A stretch of DNA of 32,000 nt, from positions 1,525,315-1,557,314 of the forward strand of contig NZ_CM001976.1 of the NCBI RefSeq assembly GCF_000406145.1. Direction: 5' to 3'. Below, piece after piece: positions 19,634-29,605 of this stretch. Numbering within the stretch: position 1 is the first letter of the stretch; the number at the start of each line of letters is the position of its first letter. The stretch comes from Dickeya dadantii NCPPB 898. GTDB taxonomy: Bacteria; Pseudomonadota; Gammaproteobacteria; Enterobacterales; Enterobacteriaceae. A program made the translations under genes and the position numbers. Below the pieces are notes generated by a model. That model was not told where the DNA came from and searched no databases. It saw only the letters and a list, made by a program, of their open reading frames with translations.

Positions 19634-19985
19634 GAATGAATGCTTATGGTTTATCGATTTGATTTATCAGCAATTTAAAACGGTTTTTTTGGGAAAAGAT
19701 CGCTAGTGGCCGGCTGGTGACGAGTGTCGGCAGACGGGGTTCGGCAGATTTGACGACGCGCGCCCGGCGCGGTGCAGGTCGCGCCGACAGACGGATAAAA
19801 GCGAATCTGTTGCGAAGCGCGTTCCAGCTCTGAAAACCGCCTGTCGAGGTTAGAAAGCCCGGCCTTTATTGTGTCTTCAGCGCTATGGCGACGTACCCGC
19901 ACATTTCAGCGGCGCGCAATGGCTTTTTATTTTTCAGTGGAATCAACATGAAGCCTTTTACAGGCGATAAGACTGAAATAGGATG

Positions 19986-20007
19986 ATTGTATCCCGTGGG
20001 ATACAAT
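19986..20007. promoter_or_regulatory. Perfect palindrome ATTGTATCCC-GT-GGGATACAAT; candidate operator of the DUF4160/DUF2442-HTH pair
   Basis: Read directly: two 10-bp arms with a 2-bp spacer, 30 bp upstream of ATG 20037. The right arm contains a TACAAT -10-like hexamer. Confidence 0.5.
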
Positions 20008-20036
20008 GTTACTCTGTTCATTGACAAGGAGTGCCA

Positions 20037-20294
20037 ATGCCTGAGATTGACAGACTGGCGGGGCTGATTTTCCATTTGTACTTTTACGACGATGAGCGGC
20101 ATCACTTACCGCATGTCCATGTCTGCTACGGCAACCATGAACTTATCATCAATATTCGTACCGGAACCGAGATCGAAGGATATCTGCCGAATAACAAGCG
20201 CAAGCTGGCGCTTGCGCATATCAGGGCCCACCGGCAGCAACTGCTGAGTATGTGGGAACGGGCGGTAGTGAGGAGAAATCCGGGAAAACTGTGA
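20037..20294 (+). CDS. DUF4160 family protein
   Basis: ~85 aa. ATG 20037 is preceded by AAGGAG; the track uses GTG 20031. It has the family-typical block YFYDDERHHLPHVHVCYG. Confidence 0.72.
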   Translation: MPEIDRLAGLIFHLYFYDDERHHLPHVHVCYGNHELIINIRTGTEIEGYLPNNKRKLALAHIRAHRQQLLSMWERAVVRRNPGKL

Positions 20295-20301
20295 GGCATT
20301 T

Positions 20302-20790
20302 ATGCATAAGATCGTGGAAGTTGACGTCATTGGCGATTTTTCGTTGCGCCTGACCTATGAAGATGGTCTGGTTTGCGACATCAATCTTTATCTCTATGCC
20401 CCCAGCCCGGTGTTTTCGAACGCCAGCCAGTTTATCAAATTTGGCCTGCTGCCGGACGGTTCGCTGGAATGGCTGCCGGATATTAGGATTTCCGCGTCGG
20501 AATTGCGGAAAAAAGGGGAGTATGTCAGCCACACGCTCGCGGTGCGAGAAAGGAACTTCGCTGATGTTATCTCTCGCGCCTTCTATGATGCCGTGATTGA
20601 AAACCGGCCGGAAATTCTGCAAGCGGCGTTGAAAACCGCGGTGGAAAAACATGGCAACAGCACCGTAGCCAAAGAGGCGGGGGCGAAAAGCCGCACCAGC
20701 CTGTATAAGTCGCTGAATAAGAATACCAATGTCAGCCTGGCGACGGTGGTCAGCCTGGCGCACACCGTGCTGCAACTGGAAGAAAAGTAG
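20302..20790 (+). CDS. Fusion protein: N-terminal DUF2442 domain plus a C-terminal HigA-type 'addiction module antidote' HTH
   Basis: 162 aa with a GAGG SD. The N-terminal half (KIVEVDVIGDFSLRLTYEDGLVCDINL...) is DUF2442-like. The C-terminal half (...ENRPEILQAALKTAVEKHGNSTVAKEAGAKSRTSLYKSLNKNTNVSLATVVSLAHTV) resembles antidote-type HTH proteins. Confidence 0.65.
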   Translation: MHKIVEVDVIGDFSLRLTYEDGLVCDINLYLYAPSPVFSNASQFIKFGLLPDGSLEWLPDIRISASELRKKGEYVSHTLAVRERNFADVISRAFYDAVIENRPEILQAALKTAVEKHGNSTVAKEAGAKSRTSLYKSLNKNTNVSLATVVSLAHTVLQLEEK

Positions 20791-20810
20791 GCCGTGGGCT
20801 TCCGGTTACG

Positions 20811-20834
20811 AGCGGGGCTGGCGCCTGCCCCGCT
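20811..20834. terminator. GC-rich stem-loop between convergent genes (weak terminator candidate)
   Basis: AGCGGGGC (20811-20818) pairs with GCCCCGCT (20827-20834). There is only a short T tract (TT) on the plus side and none on the minus side. Confidence 0.35.
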
Positions 20835-20874
20835 TTAGCCATGCAGCGTAATACCGCGCCAGCGCACGATTGGC

Positions 20875-21369
20875 TTACGACAGCACCTCAAACCCGCCAT
20901 TCTCTTCCCAACCGGATAACCGCTGATACAGGGCGTCTACCGCCTGCGTCACTTCCGGGCTGATGGGAAAATAAAACGCCACCAGCGCAGGCTGGATACC
21001 GATGAAAATCACCTCGGGAATGTCTTCCTTCAGGCTATCGATCAGGTAGTTCAGCGGCAGGCTGTGGGTATTCATCAGCATGTCTTCGGCGATGCGCTGC
21101 GGATCGACGATGCGGATGGCGCCCGGCGTCAGCCCCATGTCGGTGGCGTCCACCACCAGCAGGCGGCGAGGCTTCAGCTCCCGCAGCGTGTGGGCGGCAT
21201 TTTCCGGAATAGGGCCGCCGTCAATCACCGACCAGCCCGCCACCGGCTGCCGGTTCATGCGCTCCGCCAGCAGCGGGCCGGCGCCGTCGTCGCCCATCAG
21301 GGTGTTGCCGACGGTCAGCACGATATTTTCGATATACAGTGGCGCTTCATTATGTAGATGTTCAGTCAT
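20875..21369 (-). CDS. hycI: Hydrogenase 3/4 maturation endopeptidase
   Basis: 164 aa. VGNTLMGDDGAGPLLAE...VIDGG...LLVVDATDMGL...NTHSLPLNYLIDSLKEDI is collinear with E. coli HycI. Confidence 0.92.
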   Translation of the reverse strand: MTEHLHNEAPLYIENIVLTVGNTLMGDDGAGPLLAERMNRQPVAGWSVIDGGPIPENAAHTLRELKPRRLLVVDATDMGLTPGAIRIVDPQRIAEDMLMNTHSLPLNYLIDSLKEDIPEVIFIGIQPALVAFYFPISPEVTQAVDALYQRLSGWEENGGFEVLS

Positions 21370-21760
21370 CGATACGCTTCACCATCAGATAAATAGCCGG
21401 TTCCCGTTGCATCGCCGCCAGATAGTCCACCAGCGTAGCGGTCCATTCCGGGTAGCGGTCCGCCGCCGCCAGCGCGGTGAACGCACCGCCCAACAGCGCG
21501 GTGTGGGTATGGTCGATGGTGATTTCGCCAAAGCGCAGCAAACCCAGCATTTTGCGGCGGGCTTCCTCATCACTCAACTGGCCGACCCAGCCTTCGTACT
21601 CCGCCAGCGGGCAATGCAACACTTGTTTCAGGCAGTCGATGACGCCGACATGATGGCCGATAGCCAGCGAGTAATACATCACCTGCTGCGCCTGCTCCGG
21701 TATCTTGTCGCGGCTGTCGAGAAACTTGCGGTTCAGGGCATAAAAACGCACGTGGCTCAT
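21362..21760 (-). CDS. hyfJ: Formate hydrogenlyase maturation protein HycH/HyfJ
   Basis: 132 aa. [21 protein letters not shown]...AIYLMVKRI matches HycH/HyfJ. The start overlaps the hyfI stop (ATGA). Confidence 0.9.
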   Translation of the reverse strand: MSHVRFYALNRKFLDSRDKIPEQAQQVMYYSLAIGHHVGVIDCLKQVLHCPLAEYEGWVGQLSDEEARRKMLGLLRFGEITIDHTHTALLGGAFTALAAADRYPEWTATLVDYLAAMQREPAIYLMVKRIDD

Positions 21761-22548
21761 GAAAGGATCTCCCCGCGCAGCATGGCGTGGTAAATCCGTA
21801 GCAAATGGCCGACAATCTCGTTCAGCCGCGGGTCGTCATATTGGTTGAGCCAACGGTTGACGCGGTGCTCAAAGCCTTCCAGCGGCTGGTTTTCCAGCAA
21901 GTCGAGGAAGCGGTCGCTGATTTCCCGCCCCTGACGATACCCCGCCATCAGGCGGGCCTCCCGTTCCACCCGCACCCGCAAATCCAGCGGCAGTGCCGGA
22001 TGAATCAGTGCTGCTTTCTCATTGTCGCCCTGCTGGTGGTCGCTGCCGTGCAGTTTCTGTTCCAGCAGCCCCAGCGCCACGGCGAAACCATAAATCGTCG
22101 CCGCCGGGGTCGGCGGGCAGCCGGGGATGTAGACGTCGATCGGCACGATTTTGTCGCTGCCGCCCCACACGCAGTACAGGTCGTGGAAAATGCCGCCGCC
22201 GCAGCCGCAGGCGCCATAAGAGATGCAGATTTTCGGATCCGGTGCCGACTCATAGGCGCGTAGCGCCGGGCTTCGCATGGCACGGGTCACCGCGCCGGTA
22301 AACAGTAAAATGTCGGCGTGGCGCGGCGACGCCACCACCTTGATGCCGAAGCGTTCGGCGTCGAACAGCGGCGTAATGGCAGAGAAGATCTCGATCTCGC
22401 AGCCGTTGCAACCGCCGCAGTCCACGCGGTAGACGTAGGCGGAACGCTGGATATCCTTCAGCAGCGTCTTTTTCAGCTGTTGAGCCTGTTCGTCGAGCGT
22501 AATCGGGGTAGTGTGGTAGTGGTCGACCCCGTTGGGCAGCATACTCAT
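21757..22548 (-). CDS. hyfI: Hydrogenase-4 small subunit (NuoB-like)
   Basis: The true start is ATG 22548 ([11 protein letters not shown]...), in an ATGA overlap with the hyfH stop. The track's 368-aa version adds a spurious Arg/Ala-rich N-terminal extension. Motifs include [12 protein letters not shown] and YIPGCPP. Confidence 0.92.
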   Translation of the reverse strand: MSMLPNGVDHYHTTPITLDEQAQQLKKTLLKDIQRSAYVYRVDCGGCNGCEIEIFSAITPLFDAERFGIKVVASPRHADILLFTGAVTRAMRSPALRAYESAPDPKICISYGACGCGGGIFHDLYCVWGGSDKIVPIDVYIPGCPPTPAATIYGFAVALGLLEQKLHGSDHQQGDNEKAALIHPALPLDLRVRVEREARLMAGYRQGREISDRFLDLLENQPLEGFEHRVNRWLNQYDDPRLNEIVGHLLRIYHAMLRGEILS

Positions 22549-23114
22549 TGCGCATTCCCCTTGTGAGTGGTCGGGGCGGGCAGGTGCTGGCTCAACTGCA
22601 CGTTGCCCTGATGGTTCATGTTCTGTTTGCGTTTGCAGTCCGGGCAGGTTTCGAACTGGTGGCGACGCGCCTCCACCTCGCTTTCCGGCACGCCGGCGTG
22701 CGCCAGCAGCGCCATGGCGTACTCCACTTCTTTCTGCGGTGCGAACGGCCGCTGGCAGACATGGCAGTTCAGCAGTTGGAAGGTGGCGCGCTGATACAGG
22801 TCGGCCTTGCTGGCGACCGCCATTTCGAAATCCTGCGACAGCACAATGGCGCGGGTCGGGCACACTTCCTCGCAGCGGCCGCAGAAGATGCAGCGGCCGA
22901 GGAACAGCTGCCAGGTGCGGGTGCCGTTGTCCAGGTCGTTAGCCATGGTCAGCGCGTTGGCCGGGCACGCCATGGTACAGGCGGCGCAGCCGATACACTG
23001 CGCCGGGTCGTACTCTGGTTTGCCGCGAAATCCGGCGGGCACCGCCAGCGGCGCAAACGGGTATTTCACCGTGCTGTTGCCCGCTTTGAGGATGGTTTTG
23101 AACAGTTTAATCAT
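22545..23114 (-). CDS. hyfH: Hydrogenase-4 4Fe-4S ferredoxin subunit
   Basis: 189 aa. [23 protein letters not shown]...[16 protein letters not shown]...[16 protein letters not shown] is collinear with HyfH/HycF. Confidence 0.92.
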   Translation of the reverse strand: MIKLFKTILKAGNSTVKYPFAPLAVPAGFRGKPEYDPAQCIGCAACTMACPANALTMANDLDNGTRTWQLFLGRCIFCGRCEEVCPTRAIVLSQDFEMAVASKADLYQRATFQLLNCHVCQRPFAPQKEVEYAMALLAHAGVPESEVEARRHQFETCPDCKRKQNMNHQGNVQLSQHLPAPTTHKGNAQ

Positions 23115-23124
23115 GGGGCCTCCC

Positions 23125-24852
23125 TCATTTCAGCGGCGAACGGGTGCGTTCCAGTCCGTAGCGCTCGATCTCTTTGTACGGCACGGTGGTGACTTTCTTC
23201 TTGCGGACATCCACCAGCGTGACGCGGTCGGTACAGGAATAGCAGGGGTCGAGGCTGCCGATGATCAGCGGCGCGTCCGACACCGTGTTGCCGCGCAGCA
23301 TAAAGCGCAGCACCGGCCAGTTGGCGTAGGTAGCGGCGCGGCAGCGCCAGCGGAACAGCTTCTGGTTGTCGCCGGTCATGCTCCAGTGGATGTCTTCGCC
23401 GCGCGGCGCTTCGGTAAAACCCAGCGCGAACTTGTGCGGCTGATAATGGATATGCTCGTTGAGGATCGGCCCGTCCGGCATGTTGTCCAGCCCGAATTCG
23501 ATCATCGCCAGCGAGGTGAATACTTCACGCACCCGCACCAGCACGCGGGAGTAAACGTCGCCGCCGTCGAGGTGGTGCAGCTCCATCGGCAGGTCCAGAT
23601 AACCGGCGAACGGGTGGTCGACGCGCACGTCGCGCTGAAAGCCGCTGGCGCGAATCATCGGCCCTACCGGGCTGTAGTCGCGCGCCACCTGACGGCTCAG
23701 CACGCCGACGCCCTGGGTGCGTTGCGCCATGTTGGCGGTGTTGAGCAGCATATCGGTCAACTGTGTGACTTCGGCGCGCATTTCACGGATCAGCTTGATG
23801 GTCTTCAGCCGGTCCTCTTTCAGGATGTCGCGGCGGATGCCGCCGATCAGGTTAAGACCGTAGGTTTTGCGTGCGCCGGTGAGCATCTCGGCGATCTGCA
23901 TCGATTTTTCGCGCACCCGGAAGAACTGCATGAAGCCGGTGTCGAAACCGACGAAGTGGCTGGATAGCCCGATATTCAACAGGTGACTGTGCAGGCGCTC
24001 CACCTCCAGCAGAATGCTGCGAATGGTATGGGCGCGCGCCGGCACCACCACGCCCAGCGCGTTCTCGATGGACGAGGTGTAGGCCACGCTGTGGGTGAAA
24101 CCGCAGATACCGCACACCCGGTCGGACAGGAACGTCACTTCGTTGTAGCCCATGCGGGTTTCCGCCAGCTTCTCCATGCCGCGATGGACGTAGAACAGGC
24201 GGTAGTCGGCGTCGATAATCTGTTCGCCGTCGACAAACAGCCGGAAGTGACCCGGTTCGTCGGACGTGATGTGCAGCGGGCCGATCGGCACCACCCGGGT
24301 GTCGCCGGTGGCCTCGTTGATGAAGGTGTAGGACTCGTCATCGCGGGTGGGCGCAGGGCGCTGGCGGTAATCCATCGCGTCTTTGCGCAGCGGATAGAGA
24401 TCGTCCGGCCAGTCATCCGGCAGCACCAGCCGGCGTTCATCCGGCAGGCCGACCGGGATCAGCCCGTACATATCACGCACCTCGCGCTCTCCCCACACGG
24501 CGGCAGGCACGCGCGGCGTCACCGACGGAAACTCCGGCACCGTCGGGTTGACCAGTGCTTTCACCACCACCCAGCATTTCTCGCCCTGTTCCATCGACAG
24601 CACATAGTAGACGGCGAAATGGCCGTTGAGGGTGCGCTCGTCGTTGCCGAACAATACCGACAGCCAGCCGCCGTGCTGGTAGTAGAGGTATTCCACCACC
24701 TCCGGCAACTGATGCAGTTTGACGGTGAGGGTCAACTGATTGGCGGTTTGCCGTTCTTCTTCCAGAATCGCCGTCGGGAACTGTTGTCTGACATGGGCGA
24801 CATAATCGGCGCCTAAATTCTCGGTGCCGGTCGCGGCGGATGAATTAATCAC
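23125..24852 (-). CDS. hyfG: Hydrogenase-4 [NiFe] large subunit
   Basis: 575 aa with a GTG start and an AGGAG SD 7 nt upstream. [11 protein letters not shown] and the C-terminal [19 protein letters not shown]...SPLK are nearly collinear with E. coli HyfG/HycE. Confidence 0.95.
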   Translation of the reverse strand: MINSSAATGTENLGADYVAHVRQQFPTAILEEERQTANQLTLTVKLHQLPEVVEYLYYQHGGWLSVLFGNDERTLNGHFAVYYVLSMEQGEKCWVVVKALVNPTVPEFPSVTPRVPAAVWGEREVRDMYGLIPVGLPDERRLVLPDDWPDDLYPLRKDAMDYRQRPAPTRDDESYTFINEATGDTRVVPIGPLHITSDEPGHFRLFVDGEQIIDADYRLFYVHRGMEKLAETRMGYNEVTFLSDRVCGICGFTHSVAYTSSIENALGVVVPARAHTIRSILLEVERLHSHLLNIGLSSHFVGFDTGFMQFFRVREKSMQIAEMLTGARKTYGLNLIGGIRRDILKEDRLKTIKLIREMRAEVTQLTDMLLNTANMAQRTQGVGVLSRQVARDYSPVGPMIRASGFQRDVRVDHPFAGYLDLPMELHHLDGGDVYSRVLVRVREVFTSLAMIEFGLDNMPDGPILNEHIHYQPHKFALGFTEAPRGEDIHWSMTGDNQKLFRWRCRAATYANWPVLRFMLRGNTVSDAPLIIGSLDPCYSCTDRVTLVDVRKKKVTTVPYKEIERYGLERTRSPLK

Positions 24853-26524
24853 GGTACATCTCCTGACGGGAAGGGGTTAACGATGAAGCAGGCGCGGTGT
24901 CCGGCGAGGTAGAACCTGACATGATAGTACCCAGCGAGGTAGTACCCAGTATGGTAGTACCCACTGTTGTAGTAGTACGGGCGCTCAGCGACGGCCAGCC
25001 CAGACTCGGCGGGGTTGGTTCGCCGGCATGGTTGCCGTTTAAAACGATGGCGGTGGCCTGCTCCAGCAAATGGATGACCGGCTGTGGAATACGAGTGCCC
25101 ATCACCAGCATCAATACCAGCAGAATCAGCATCGGCGCGGTGGTCAGCCAACCCAGCTCGCCCTTGCTGACCGCTTCCGGCTGGCTGCCCAGCACGCTGG
25201 TGGCGATCATGCGCACCAGCCCGGCCAATACCACGGTCAGCAGCACCAGCAACACCAGCACCAGCGGTAGATGACCGGCGTGGATGCCGGCGGTAACCGT
25301 CATGAATTCGCTCAGAAATACGTTGAACGGCGGCATACCGCCGAGCGCCAGCGCGCCGCCGGCCAGCAGCGCGCCCGTCACCGGCGCGACGCGCAGGATG
25401 CCTTTCACCGCGTCCATATCACGAGTGCCGTACTTCAACAGCACGTTGCCGGAGCCGCAGAACAGCAGGGTTTTCGCCAGACTGTGGTTCAGTGTATGCA
25501 GCAGCGCGGCCAGAATGCCGAGCGGGCCGCCGATGCCGAGCGCCACGGCGATCAGCCCCATGTTTTCCACGCTGGAGTAGGCCAGCAGGCGTTTCATGTC
25601 ACGCTGCACCAGAATCAGGAACGCGGCGACGGCCACCGACAGCAGGCCGAACACCAACAACAGCCGTTGCGGAAATTCCGGGCCGATGGCGGCGCTGATC
25701 AGGATGGTGTAGCGCACGATCACCAGCAGCGCGCAGTTGAGCAGCACGGCGGAGAGCAGGGCGCTGGTGGGACTGGGCGCCTCGCTGTGGGCGTCCGGCA
25801 GCCAGGCGTGCATCGGGAACAGGCCGGTTTTGGTGCCAAACCCGATCAAAATAAAGATGAACGCCAGATGCATCAGCGTGCTGTCCAGTTCGCCGGCGTG
25901 TTGCAGCACCTCGGTCCAGAAAATGGCGTTGCCCGGCTCCGCCATCACGTTGGCGGCGTTGGCGTATACCAGCACGGTGCCATACAGGCCGAAAGCGACG
26001 CCGACGGTGCAGATGATGATGTATTTCCACGCCGCTTCCAGCGACGAACGCTGGCCGTACAGGCCCACCAGAAACGCCGAACTGAGCGTGGTGGCTTCAA
26101 TCGCCGCCCACATCAGGATCAGGTTGTTGCTGGTGATCACCAACAACATAGTGAACAGAAACAGGTGGAAGAAGCCGTAGTAGTGGCACAGCGTGGTGAC
26201 GCTGATTTCGCCGCCGTCCACCTCGTGACGCATATACCCCATCGAGTAGAGGCCGGTGAGAAAGCCAATCACCCCGAGAATCGCCAGAAACAGTGCGCTC
26301 AGGCTGTCGAGGTGCAGCCAGCGGTGGGCCGCCAGCAGTTCGCCCTGTTGGTAGACCGTCCACACCGCCAGCAACGCCACCAGCAGCAGCGCGCTGATGC
26401 CGAGCAGATGAATCAGGCTCACCAGCGCGCGCGCCGCCGTGCCGGTAAAGCGGCAGGCGAACGCCAGCAGGGCGGCGACAAACGGCACGCCCAGCAGCAG
26501 GGAAAAAAGATCCAAAGTCGTCAT
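24845..26524 (-). CDS. hyfF: Hydrogenase-4 membrane subunit F (NuoN/Mrp antiporter-like) with an unusual C-terminal tail
   Basis: The true start is ATG 26524 ([15 protein letters not shown]...). The track's 638-aa version has a spurious N-terminal extension across hyfE. The product is 559 aa. Confidence 0.9.
   Translation of the reverse strand: MTTLDLFSLLLGVPFVAALLAFACRFTGTAARALVSLIHLLGISALLLVALLAVWTVYQQGELLAAHRWLHLDSLSALFLAILGVIGFLTGLYSMGYMRHEVDGGEISVTTLCHYYGFFHLFLFTMLLVITSNNLILMWAAIEATTLSSAFLVGLYGQRSSLEAAWKYIIICTVGVAFGLYGTVLVYANAANVMAEPGNAIFWTEVLQHAGELDSTLMHLAFIFILIGFGTKTGLFPMHAWLPDAHSEAPSPTSALLSAVLLNCALLVIVRYTILISAAIGPEFPQRLLLVFGLLSVAVAAFLILVQRDMKRLLAYSSVENMGLIAVALGIGGPLGILAALLHTLNHSLAKTLLFCGSGNVLLKYGTRDMDAVKGILRVAPVTGALLAGGALALGGMPPFNVFLSEFMTVTAGIHAGHLPLVLVLLVLLTVVLAGLVRMIATSVLGSQPEAVSKGELGWLTTAPMLILLVLMLVMGTRIPQPVIHLLEQATAIVLNGNHAGEPTPPSLGWPSLSARTTTTVGTTILGTTSLGTIMSGSTSPDTAPASSLTPSRQEMYRD
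24906..24980. repeat. Five imperfect tandem 15-bp repeats (core GGTAGTACCCA) inside the hyfF 3' end
   Basis: The units start at 24906, 24921, 24936, 24951 and 24966: gaggtagaacctgac / atgatagtacccagc / gaggtagtacccagt / atggtagtacccact / gttgtagtagtacgg. On the minus strand they encode ...[23 protein letters not shown].... Confidence 0.75.
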
Positions 26525-26529
26525 GGTGA

Positions 26530-27180
26530 TTATCCTTTCAGCGCGGTCAGTTGCTGAACATCCAGCGTGTGCAGCGTGCGGTGGATTTTGCGCGCCATCA
26601 GCGCCATCACGATGACGGCGAAGATGGCGTCGGTGGCGATGCCGATCTCCACCAGCTCCGGCGCGCGGTAGGCCAGCAGCGCCAGCGTCAGGTGGGCGCC
26701 GTTTTCCATCAGGCAGTAACCGAACACCTGTTTGAGGATGTTGCGCTGGCTGACGATGCACAGCAGGCCGATCAGGAAGTGGCCGAGCGACACTGCCAGC
26801 ACCGGTTTCAGGTCGTTAACCATCGGCAGTTTCACCGGCGCGACGGCAAAGTAGCTCAGCAGCACAATCAGGGTGGCGATCAATATCAGAGTCGCGGTGC
26901 CGATGACGCCGCCGTCGGCTTTCGGGTCAGCCAGCCGGCAGAAGGCGAAGCTCATAATGGCGGGCACCATCACTACCTTGGTGATGAAGGCGGTGAGCGA
27001 CCACAGATACAGCTCGTGGGAGCCAAGCAACCCGCCCAGCGCCACAAAAATCAGCACCAGCACCAGCGACTGCAACGCGTACAGCGCGGCGGACACCGTG
27101 GGTTTTCTGGCGGCGATCACCAACAGCGAGGTGATGATCAGCAGACCAGCCAGATTGTTGACAAGAAGAGAACCAGTCAT
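26530..27180 (-). CDS. hyfE: Hydrogenase-4 membrane subunit E
   Basis: 216-aa polytopic membrane ORF, the same length as E. coli HyfE as I recall, at the expected operon position. Confidence 0.88.
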   Translation of the reverse strand: MTGSLLVNNLAGLLIITSLLVIAARKPTVSAALYALQSLVLVLIFVALGGLLGSHELYLWSLTAFITKVVMVPAIMSFAFCRLADPKADGGVIGTATLILIATLIVLLSYFAVAPVKLPMVNDLKPVLAVSLGHFLIGLLCIVSQRNILKQVFGYCLMENGAHLTLALLAYRAPELVEIGIATDAIFAVIVMALMARKIHRTLHTLDVQQLTALKG

Positions 27181-27189
27181 GAGAGTTCC

Positions 27190-28629
27190 TTATTTCAGCC
27201 AGAGTGCGGCGATAACGCTGGAGCACAGCGACATCACTATCAGCACCAGCAGCACCAAATTCATCGACGCCGGCACCGCCGTAGCCGACGCCACCTCCTC
27301 GGACGGCTCGCCCGGCACGGTGCGGCCAAACCAGTAGATGAACCAGGCGAAGCTGGCGACCGATTCCACCAGCGCGATGATCAGCAGCGGCAACAGCCAC
27401 CAGACGTCGCGCGACAACGCGAACCCGGCGGCGAACAGCGGGAACTTACTGAAAAAGCCGTTGAACGGCGGCACGCCGGTGATAGCCAGCGCCGCGACGC
27501 AGAAACCGACGCCCAGCAGCGGCAGGCGCTTCATCATGCCGCGCAGCTGCGGCAGCATGCGGGTGCCGCAGCTGTAGCTGAGCGCGCCGGCCACCAGGAA
27601 GAACAGGCTTTTGGCGTAAGCGTGGTTGAAGATGTAGGCCATACCGGCATCGAAAGCCATGCGCGAACCGAAGATGGACAGCGACAGCGCCAGAAAGATG
27701 TAGGCGAGCTGGGTGATGGTGGAGTAGGCCAGCAGCCGCTTCATGTCTTTTTGCGGCAGGTACATCAGGAAGCCGTACACCAGCGTAATGGTCGCCATGA
27801 TGACGCCGACCACGCCGATGATGTGCGGCACTTCGACGGCGGACAGAATGGCGCGGGCAAAAATATACACACCGACTTTCACCATCGAGGCGGCGTGCAG
27901 GTAGGCGCTCACCGGCGTCGGCGCTTCCATCGCATCCGGCAGCCAGACATGCAGCGGCAACTGGGCTGATTTGCCCCAGGCCGCGAACAGGATGCCGCCG
28001 AACACGATGATTTTGCTGCTATCGTCCAACTGTGCAATGGCGCTGAGCGCGAAGGTGCCGGTGGTGGCGAACAGCCAGGCCGCCGCCAGATACAGGCCGA
28101 CGGAGGCGATATGCGTCACTAACAGCGCTTTGAGCGCCGAGCGCAGCGATTTCGGTTTCTGGTAGTAGCCGATCAACGCCCAGGAACAGCCGCCGGTGAT
28201 TTCAAAGAACAGCAACTGGCCGAGGATGGTGGATGACAGCGTCAGCCCGGCCATCGCGCCGATAAATACCAGCAGGAAGGCGTAGTAGCGATTGCTGCCG
28301 TCGTGCGGGTGCTCGCGGTTGCCCAGCGTCAGGTAGCCGCAGGAGTAAAGGCTGACCAGAAAACCGAGCGACACCACCGCAAAGCCGATCAACAGGCTGA
28401 TACGGTCGAACAGGAAACCGAACAGATCGGCCTGACCGTAACGATAAAGGGTGACGACCTGGTCGGTTTTGCCGCCGTCAAGATAGCGCCAGGCCAATAG
28501 CGCCATGCCGAGCGTCGCCAGCAGGGCGAACAGCGTGCACAACCCTTTGGCGAGGCGCTGCGGTGCGAAAGCTATCCACAGCGCGCCGAGAAACGGCAGC
28601 AACAGGGTGGCAAGAGCAATATTCTCCAT
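27190..28629 (-). CDS. hyfD: Hydrogenase-4 membrane subunit D (NuoM/antiporter-like)
   Basis: 479-aa membrane ORF with antiporter-like motifs (WLPDAMEAPTPVSAYLHAA...[10 protein letters not shown]), at the expected operon position. Confidence 0.9.
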   Translation of the reverse strand: MENIALATLLLPFLGALWIAFAPQRLAKGLCTLFALLATLGMALLAWRYLDGGKTDQVVTLYRYGQADLFGFLFDRISLLIGFAVVSLGFLVSLYSCGYLTLGNREHPHDGSNRYYAFLLVFIGAMAGLTLSSTILGQLLFFEITGGCSWALIGYYQKPKSLRSALKALLVTHIASVGLYLAAAWLFATTGTFALSAIAQLDDSSKIIVFGGILFAAWGKSAQLPLHVWLPDAMEAPTPVSAYLHAASMVKVGVYIFARAILSAVEVPHIIGVVGVIMATITLVYGFLMYLPQKDMKRLLAYSTITQLAYIFLALSLSIFGSRMAFDAGMAYIFNHAYAKSLFFLVAGALSYSCGTRMLPQLRGMMKRLPLLGVGFCVAALAITGVPPFNGFFSKFPLFAAGFALSRDVWWLLPLLIIALVESVASFAWFIYWFGRTVPGEPSEEVASATAVPASMNLVLLVLIVMSLCSSVIAALWLK

Positions 28630-28645
28630 GATGGATGCCGACTCC

Positions 28646-29593
28646 TTATAGTCCGGTCAGGTAGAAAACGAATGCCAGCGCCGCCACGCCGAAGCCGAGC
28701 CAGGTCACCCGGTCGGTCAGCAGAAAGCGCCCGCGCGCCAGGCTGTTTTCGATAACGGCGGCGATGACGAACACCACCACCAGCTTGATGATCAGCGCCA
28801 GCGATCCCCACAACAGGCTGACCGCCGTGAGCGTTTCGGCCTTGCCGAACGGCACGAAAATCGACAGGAACAGCGTGGCGACCACCACCTGTTTGAGGCT
28901 GATGCCCCATTTCACCAGCGCCAGCCCGGCGCCGGCGTATTCGGTCAGCGGGCCTTCCTGCAACTCCTGTTCCGCTTCCGCCACGTCAAACGGGATTTTT
29001 CCCATCTCGATAAAGGTGGCGAAGGCGCAGGCCAGCAGCGCCAGCGCGGTGGCGGTGGGTGACGCCCAGTGACCGCTCGCCAGTTTGACGCTGATATTGC
29101 CGATGTTGGTGGAGCCGGCGACCAGCGCCACCACCAGCAACGCCAGCATCAGAATCGGTTCCACCAGGATGCCGAGCGTCAGTTCGCGGCTGGCGCCGAT
29201 GCCGGCAAAGGTGCTGCCGGAATCCAGGCCGGATAAGGAGAAGAAAAAGCGAAAGACCGCAAACAGGTACAGCAGGGTGATGATGTCGCCCGCCGCGCCG
29301 AACGGGGAGCCGTCGGTCACGGCCGGCAGCGTCATCGCCACCAGCAGCATGGTGCCGAGCAGGATGAACGGCATCAGGCGAAACACGCCGCCGCTGTGCT
29401 CGGGCGCCACTTCCTGACGGCGCAGCAGTTTGACGATGTCACGATAATCCTGCAGCACGCCCGGCCCCTGGCGGGAGTGCATTTTGGCGCGGATCACGCG
29501 CGACAGGCCGGACAGCAGCGGTGCCGCCGCCATCAGCAGGACGGCCTGCAATAGCGCGCCCAGCAGCGGAAAAACGAGTGAAGCGTAAGTCAT
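28646..29593 (-). CDS. hyfC: Hydrogenase-4 membrane subunit C (NuoH/HycD-like)
   Basis: 315-aa membrane ORF with RVIRAKMHSRQGPG...FDVAEAEQELQEGP (NuoH-like), at the expected operon position. Confidence 0.92.
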   Translation of the reverse strand: MTYASLVFPLLGALLQAVLLMAAAPLLSGLSRVIRAKMHSRQGPGVLQDYRDIVKLLRRQEVAPEHSGGVFRLMPFILLGTMLLVAMTLPAVTDGSPFGAAGDIITLLYLFAVFRFFFSLSGLDSGSTFAGIGASRELTLGILVEPILMLALLVVALVAGSTNIGNISVKLASGHWASPTATALALLACAFATFIEMGKIPFDVAEAEQELQEGPLTEYAGAGLALVKWGISLKQVVVATLFLSIFVPFGKAETLTAVSLLWGSLALIIKLVVVFVIAAVIENSLARGRFLLTDRVTWLGFGVAALAFVFYLTGL

Positions 29594-29605
29594 GTTCCGG
29601 TCTCC

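Noticed and set aside
19675-20105. Minus-strand ORFs 19675-19902 (75 aa) and 19866-20105 (79 aa)
   Set aside because: They lie in the hydN upstream regulatory region and over the DUF4160 promoter and start. They have no SD and no family resemblance, and are better explained as non-coding enhancer/promoter DNA.
21757-26761. N-terminal extensions of track ORFs 21757-22863 (368 aa) and 24845-26761 (638 aa)
   Set aside because: The extensions are Arg/Pro/Ala-rich and overlap the upstream genes hyfH and hyfE. Internal ATGs at 22548 and 26524 give proteins collinear with HyfI and HyfF and show the usual translational coupling.
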